From Bacteroidia bacterium (GTDB lineage Bacteria > Bacteroidota > Bacteroidia > NS11-12g > UBA9320), in NCBI GenBank assembly GCA_965216465.1, contig CBDCFW010000003.1, positions 192,001 to 256,000 of the forward strand: a stretch of 64,000 nucleotides of DNA, written 5' to 3'. Positions 58,866-64,000 of this stretch are shown here, piece after piece. Position 1 is the first letter of the stretch; each line of letters starts with the position of its first letter. The position numbers and the translations under genes are program-made. The notes under the pieces are model-generated. The model made no database searches. It saw only the letters and a list, made by a program, of their open reading frames with translations, and was not told where the DNA came from.

Positions 58866-61256
58866 ATGAAACATTCATTAAAAACTATTCAAATAAATAG
58901 AAAAATTCCTTCATTCGCGAAGGTTCTTGAAGCTACTCCAGTTTCACTTTCTATTAAAAACATTCGACTCGAATATGTTTACTATAACAACCGATTTGTT
59001 GATCTGTTCGGAATAACCAAAAACATTGAAAACGATTTCGATTTATTCATTCCTGAAGTAGCCTTTGAGCTTAATCAAGAAGACTCAAATGTGCTTACAT
59101 CTGAATTAGAATGCGAGGTAGAAACAGCTGTAATTACCAAAGGTGGTGACCAGAAGGTGTTAACTATCTCTCGTTCAGTATATGAAGAAGATGGTGAAAA
59201 ATACATCATCTCCCTTATTCGCGATGTTACTGACAAGCTTCAAGACAAGCACTTTGCGGCCTATAAACAAGTTTTAACTGATGCAGAGGTTTACGAGAAA
59301 CTCTTAAACCGATTCTCAAATTTCATATTTGGAACAAACGATAAAGAAGAAATTATAAAAGGGGTAGGCAAGCTTTGTATTGACCTATTAAACCTTGATG
59401 ATCTTTCTATCTTTATTTATAATGAGCAGGAAGAAATCTTGGAGCAAAAGGCTTATGTTCTTCGTGATCAAGTCATTCATTATGATGAGACTGGGAGTCG
59501 ATTCAAGCGAATACCATTAAGTAGAGGAATTACAGGTCGTGCTGCTAGGCTTAGAGAAACTGTTGTTGTTGAAGATGTTTCGCAAGACTCTGATTTCATT
59601 ACAGATAATATCGATTGTCTCAGTGAAATTGCTGTTCCTATTATATACAAGAACAAACTGCTTGGTGTTTTAGATTCTGAATCAACAAGACCAAATTACT
59701 ATAACGATAAAATCAAATCGACATTTGAAGGAATTGCCTCGTTACTAGCGATTAAGCTGAACGAGCTTGATAATTTTAGAAAATTAAGTGCTAAGAACTA
59801 TGAGCTTGAGTCGTTGATAAAGCACAATCCACTTCCTGTGGTAATGCTTGATTCAGACTATAAGTATTTAGAAGCTTCACAAGTGTGGATTGACCAATTT
59901 GTTAAAGACCCTAGTCAATCGATAATTGGGATGAATCACTTCGAATTGAATCCAAACATTCCATTGCGTTGGAAAAGAGTGATTAATAAGGCAATGGCGG
60001 GTAGTTCTCAAGAACTAAAAAAGGAATACTACCGAAGAAAGAATGGAGAGTCAGATTGGTTTTATGCTAAAGTATCACCGTGGTTTACAGCTCAGAATGA
60101 GGTGGGAGGGGTGATTATAGTTGCTGAGATCATCTCTGAGCGTGTAGAGAACGAGGTTAAACTGCTCAAAACCAGTGAAGAACTTAACGACGCTCGCAAG
60201 ATTGGAAAGCTGTATACCTGGAACTTTAATCCTGAAACTGGACAGTTTTTATGGGATTCAGGAGTTATTGAAAACTCTGGTTTCGAGCAAAACAAGAGCT
60301 ACGAGATGGATGCAATCTTTGATTTGATTGATGAAGAATACCACGAAGACTTCAATCGTTCATTGAAGGATGCGATTGAGAATAAATCAGGATTTGAACT
60401 TATTCATCCCATTAATCTCAAAGGAAAGAAACATTGGATTCATAACCGAGCTAAGGTTGAAACCAACAATGGCGAAATAGTAAGAATACTGGGTACCGCA
60501 CAAGATATAACAGATCAGATGGACGCTCGCTCGGCTTACAAAGCAAAGAACGAGGAGCTTATGAAGATTAACGAAGAGTTAGATCAATTTGTGTACAAAA
60601 CGGCTCATGACCTTAGAGCACCATTAGCGAATTTGATTGGTTTAATAGGGGTAATGAGAAATGAAGCAGATTTGAACCTCCTGAATTCTTACTTTGATCT
60701 ACAAGAGCAAAGCATTACTAAGCTAGACGACTTTATTCAGAAAATTACAACTTATACAAAGAATGCACGACTTCCGATAGTAGAAGAGAAGCTGAACTTC
60801 AACATAATGATTGATGACATTTTAGGTTCTTTTATGTACTACGATAAATCGATGGAAGTTTCTAAAATTGTTCAAATTGACCCAAATTTGAGTTTCTACT
60901 CTGATGCTGAGCGTGTTGCAACCATATTGCGTAACTTAATATCTAATGCAATTAAGTTTAGCGATACACAAAAGACAAATTCAGAAATACGAATAGAAAT
61001 CAAGCCGGTGGGTAATTTCTTAAGTCTTACTGTTCGTGATAACGGAATTGGGATTTCAGAAAATATACAGAAAAGAGTATTCGATATGTTTTACAGAGGC
61101 CATAAGTCTGCAGATGGTGCAGGTATAGGCCTTTATATTGTGAACGAAACGGTACAAAAGCTTAACGGGAGCATTAAATTAGAGTCTAAAGAAGCGGAAT
61201 ACACCGAAGTTAAGCTTCTTTTGCCTAACTTAGACCCCAATCTATTGATGCAATGA
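58866..61256 (+). CDS. Cytoplasmic PAS/GAF sensor histidine kinase
   Basis: PAS, GAF (GITG..SEIAVPI..LGVLD), further PAS domains, HDLRAP, NLISNAIKF, DNGIG, GIGL. Confidence 0.92.
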   Translation: MKHSLKTIQINRKIPSFAKVLEATPVSLSIKNIRLEYVYYNNRFVDLFGITKNIENDFDLFIPEVAFELNQEDSNVLTSELECEVETAVITKGGDQKVLTISRSVYEEDGEKYIISLIRDVTDKLQDKHFAAYKQVLTDAEVYEKLLNRFSNFIFGTNDKEEIIKGVGKLCIDLLNLDDLSIFIYNEQEEILEQKAYVLRDQVIHYDETGSRFKRIPLSRGITGRAARLRETVVVEDVSQDSDFITDNIDCLSEIAVPIIYKNKLLGVLDSESTRPNYYNDKIKSTFEGIASLLAIKLNELDNFRKLSAKNYELESLIKHNPLPVVMLDSDYKYLEASQVWIDQFVKDPSQSIIGMNHFELNPNIPLRWKRVINKAMAGSSQELKKEYYRRKNGESDWFYAKVSPWFTAQNEVGGVIIVAEIISERVENEVKLLKTSEELNDARKIGKLYTWNFNPETGQFLWDSGVIENSGFEQNKSYEMDAIFDLIDEEYHEDFNRSLKDAIENKSGFELIHPINLKGKKHWIHNRAKVETNNGEIVRILGTAQDITDQMDARSAYKAKNEELMKINEELDQFVYKTAHDLRAPLANLIGLIGVMRNEADLNLLNSYFDLQEQSITKLDDFIQKITTYTKNARLPIVEEKLNFNIMIDDILGSFMYYDKSMEVSKIVQIDPNLSFYSDAERVATILRNLISNAIKFSDTQKTNSEIRIEIKPVGNFLSLTVRDNGIGISENIQKRVFDMFYRGHKSADGAGIGLYIVNETVQKLNGSIKLESKEAEYTEVKLLLPNLDPNLLMQ

Positions 61257-61612
61257 TTTATCTTGTTGATGATGATCCAATTCAAAACTTGCTTACCAGC
61301 CAGTTGATCCAAAATGCCAACATTGATTTAGAATATAAGATCTTTAACAATGGCGAAGAGGTGATGGCAGAAATTGAGCAAGGAGGAAAACCCCATGTTA
61401 TCCTTCTCGATATTAATATGCCGATTATGGATGGCTGGGAATTCTTGGATGTTTACTCAACGAGAAAAAAACAAGCTGATGTTTACATGCTAACTTCTTC
61501 GTCTAATGGAGATGATTTGGCACGAGCAGACAATTACAAGTGTGTTAAAGGGTATTACACAAAGCCGATTAACGCAGAAACCATAAAGGGGATATTCAAA
61601 AAAGACGATTAA
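61253..61612 (+). CDS. Single-domain response regulator
   Basis: VDDD, LLDINMP.MDG, LTSS and KP motifs; ATGA overlap with the kinase. Confidence 0.93.
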   Translation: MIYLVDDDPIQNLLTSQLIQNANIDLEYKIFNNGEEVMAEIEQGGKPHVILLDINMPIMDGWEFLDVYSTRKKQADVYMLTSSSNGDDLARADNYKCVKGYYTKPINAETIKGIFKKDD

Positions 61613-61947
61613 TTGCCTTCACGACTGTTTAACTTGTCTTTAAGCAAGGCAATAATTTCATCTTTTTCAGCAATCAATTCTTTCAATAATTCATTCTCAA
61701 CCTGCAGTGTTTTGTAGGTTCCTTTGGGTTCGTTTAAGATTCCTCCTTCTGTAATATCCGAAACTCTACAGCCGAGCTCTTCGCAGATAGTTTGTAAATG
61801 GATTCCTTTGATTTTTCCGGAAGTGCGTTTAAGCTTATAGTAATTTTGAGAAGTCATGTCGACAGAACTCTTACTAAAAAAGCGACTGATTGTGCTGTAC
61901 TTGCTAGCGTGAATGAGGTCTTCTATTGCGTCGAAATTGATTGTCAT
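61609..61947 (-). CDS. Cro/CI-type HTH regulator with C-terminal coiled coil
   Basis: LQTICEELGCRVSDI (XRE-like helices), EP..Y linker, LKELIAEKDEIIALLK heptads. Confidence 0.65.
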   Translation of the reverse strand: MTINFDAIEDLIHASKYSTISRFFSKSSVDMTSQNYYKLKRTSGKIKGIHLQTICEELGCRVSDITEGGILNEPKGTYKTLQVENELLKELIAEKDEIIALLKDKLNSREGN

Positions 61948-62292
61948 TATTGTATTTGATACACTCTGTACAAATGCTATTGAAAACTAATTAGCTACTA
62001 CTTGTAAATAATTGATTTGAAACGTTTATACTTGTATTCTAAAATATAAGGCTTAAGCTGATAGATGAGCAATTCTTTGTTCATGAAATCAACAAGTAAG
62101 CTTAAATAAAGATTGAGACTTAATCATAAACCTCTGTATAAGTCTATTGCGTAGCTATTTATAAACCACTCGAGTTTCGAGCGATATAGCTGGACTGCAT
62201 TAATCCTGCCTGGAATCATTGACCCCTTCTTTGACCTCCTCATTGACCCCCTAATCCCTTCATAACAAAAATTTGTAATTATTGCTAGATTG

Positions 62293-62826
62293 TTTTCCCA
62301 TAGGTGGACCAGCAAGTAAAGCCTAGCACTGCGTGCTATTGTCTTTTTTATATCCAAATCGTTAAAGCAAATTGGGATTAAGCTCCCTCATTGACCCCCG
62401 GTCGCTTTTTTCCATATGGTGGGCCTAACAAGTAAGCCAGTGTGCTACGTGTTCTGTGCCTTTTATTTGTCAACAAATGATATAGGATTAAGCTACCTTT
62501 GGTCGCTTTTTCCCATATGGTGGTTCCTACATGCAAAGCCAGTGTGCTACGCGTTCTGTGCCTTTTATTTGTCAACAAATGATATGGGATTAAGCTCCCG
62601 CATTGACCCCCGGTCGCTTTTTCCCATGTGGTGGTTCCTACATGCTAAGCCAGTGTGCTACGCACTAGCTGTCTATTTTTTACCCATCTGCTTAAGCAAG
62701 CTTAGAAGGATTAACCTCCCTTCGTTATCACTTCAGTCGGTTTTTCCCATATGGTGGTTACTACAAGCAAAGCCTAGCACTACGTGCTATTGTCTTTTTT
62801 ATACCCAATGCTTAAAAGCGAGCTTT
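62293..62826. repeat. Degenerate tandem array of five 102-123 bp units
   Basis: Units start at 62293, 62406, 62507, 62618 and 62741 with TTTT(C/T)CCAT..GGTGG...CA(A/T)G..AAGCC; AAGCC anchor spacings are 115, 102, 111 and 123 bp. Confidence 0.9.
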
Positions 62827-62845
62827 ACGCATTGGGTATAAAAAA
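62795..62845. repeat. Perfect 17-bp inverted repeat
   Basis: TTTTTTATACCCAATGC (62795-62811) / GCATTGGGTATAAAAAA (62829-62845). Confidence 0.9.
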
Positions 62846-62871
62846 AGCCAGTCCCCTCTGGGACTGGCTTT
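62840..62871 (-). terminator. Intrinsic terminator of tRNA-Ser
   Basis: AAAGCCAGTCCC-ctct-GGGACTGGCTTT, with a T7 run on the minus strand. Confidence 0.88.
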
Positions 62872-62875
62872 GCTT

Positions 62876-62961
<86 letters not shown>

Positions 62962-63057
62962 AATGACATTTACTCGCTCCAAAAAGTTGATATTTTTACC
63001 CCCTTTTTGTTAGAGTGCTGCAAAAATAAACCAATACTTATTTTTTCAAACAAAAAT

Positions 63058-63972
63058 CTAAGAAGCTTTATCGATACTTTTATTTAACTCAAATCCGATG
63101 AGTACAACAAAGCAATTAAAGAAGATTAAAATCATGAGTACCAGTAGTGTTCCAACCGATCCGTATAGCTTGTTGTAAGAGTTAAAATTCTCTACATATT
63201 TGGTAAACCCATAGGTAGTAAGTATCGATAATATCGTTGCTAATGTGCTTCCCGCACTGAAAAATCGCCACTTGGTTGCTCGGCTCGATCCAAAGTAATA
63301 CAACGAGCTAAAAATCAAATACACCAACACCACTGTTAAGAAGTATTCAACTGCTAGCAGTGTGAAACGCATAACAGCTTCATTAACTGCCGTTTTTCCT
63401 TCTATATAATCTATTGAATATTGGAAAAGAATGGATACCAAAATTGTGGTAATCAATATGCTAACAACCAACACTAAGATTCCTGTACTTTTGATTCGAG
63501 TAGCAATCCAACTTCTTCTAAGCTTAGTTTCTATCCCCACCTCAAAGGCTGACAACATATTTGCAAAGCCCGTACTTGCAAAGTACAACGCTGCAACAAA
63601 ACCAAAAGATAGTAATCCGGCGTTTTGATTGTTCACTATGTCATCGATGGTGTCTTTCATAAATGAGTAAGCATTGTCGGGTAGAAAGATGGCAAGCAAG
63701 GCAGTAATTTGCTCACCAAAACTATCAATGGGTATATAGGGAATTAAGGTAAATAGAAAGATGATTAACGGAAAAATCGCAATAAAAAAGTTAAATGCTA
63801 ATGATGAGGCAATTAAACTAAGGTCTTCTTGAAATAATCCCTTAACAAAAAACTTCCCAACTTCATAAATCGACTTGCGTTTAAAGCCAGGCAAACTCAC
63901 ATTTCCAAGCTTGCTATCCAGAAATTTGTCGAGACGAATAAAAGCGGATATTATTTTTCTTTTAACTTTCAC
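63058..63972 (-). CDS. YihY/virulence factor BrkB family membrane protein
   Basis: ASSLAFNFF.AIFP and YNKLYGSVG...IGFELN motifs. Confidence 0.9.
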   Translation of the reverse strand: MKVKRKIISAFIRLDKFLDSKLGNVSLPGFKRKSIYEVGKFFVKGLFQEDLSLIASSLAFNFFIAIFPLIIFLFTLIPYIPIDSFGEQITALLAIFLPDNAYSFMKDTIDDIVNNQNAGLLSFGFVAALYFASTGFANMLSAFEVGIETKLRRSWIATRIKSTGILVLVVSILITTILVSILFQYSIDYIEGKTAVNEAVMRFTLLAVEYFLTVVLVYLIFSSLYYFGSSRATKWRFFSAGSTLATILSILTTYGFTKYVENFNSYNKLYGSVGTLLVLMILIFFNCFVVLIGFELNKSIDKAS

Positions 63973-64000
63973 AGAATAAGCGGTGCAAATTATAAGAAAT

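Noticed and set aside
2020-60295. Numerous 60-120 aa ORFs nested antisense or out of frame inside long genes
   Set aside because: Fully overlap well-supported CDSs and show no motifs or expression signals
62124-62578. Minus-strand ORFs 62124-62357 and 62378-62578
   Set aside because: No recognisable motifs; by-products of the repeat sequence
62293-62826. CRISPR array
   Set aside because: No identical 23-50 bp repeats, the intervening parts are homologous to each other rather than unique spacers, and there are no cas genes in the window

Overview
Chromosomal DNA of a Bacteroidota bacterium, judged from TAnnTTTG -7 promoter elements, type IX secretion (T9SS) C-terminal domains, DUF349 and TonB-dependent receptors. 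Positions 1-30.5 kb and 51.6-64 kb are mostly housekeeping: purC, ruvX-def-ubiA-maf, queD-folE, lolD, fadD, trxA, alkB, two-component genes and YihY. Between two convergent tRNAs (Lys-UUU at 30.5 kb, Arg-UCG at 51.6 kb) lies a ~21 kb accessory-looking block rich in T9SS cargo and hypothetical proteins. The least explained structure is at 62.2-62.87 kb: five degenerate, palindrome-rich tandem repeats of 102-123 bp between the tRNA-Ser(UGA) terminator and a lone Cro/CI-type HTH gene. Also notable are an M1 aminopeptidase with an Omp85-like C-terminal barrel, a lipoprotein class D beta-lactamase, an orphan NqrC-like protein, an uncalled 50-aa membrane ORF and many apparently leaderless genes. No CRISPR array, rRNA, transposase or integrase was seen. 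All calls come from reading motifs by eye; no database searches were run.
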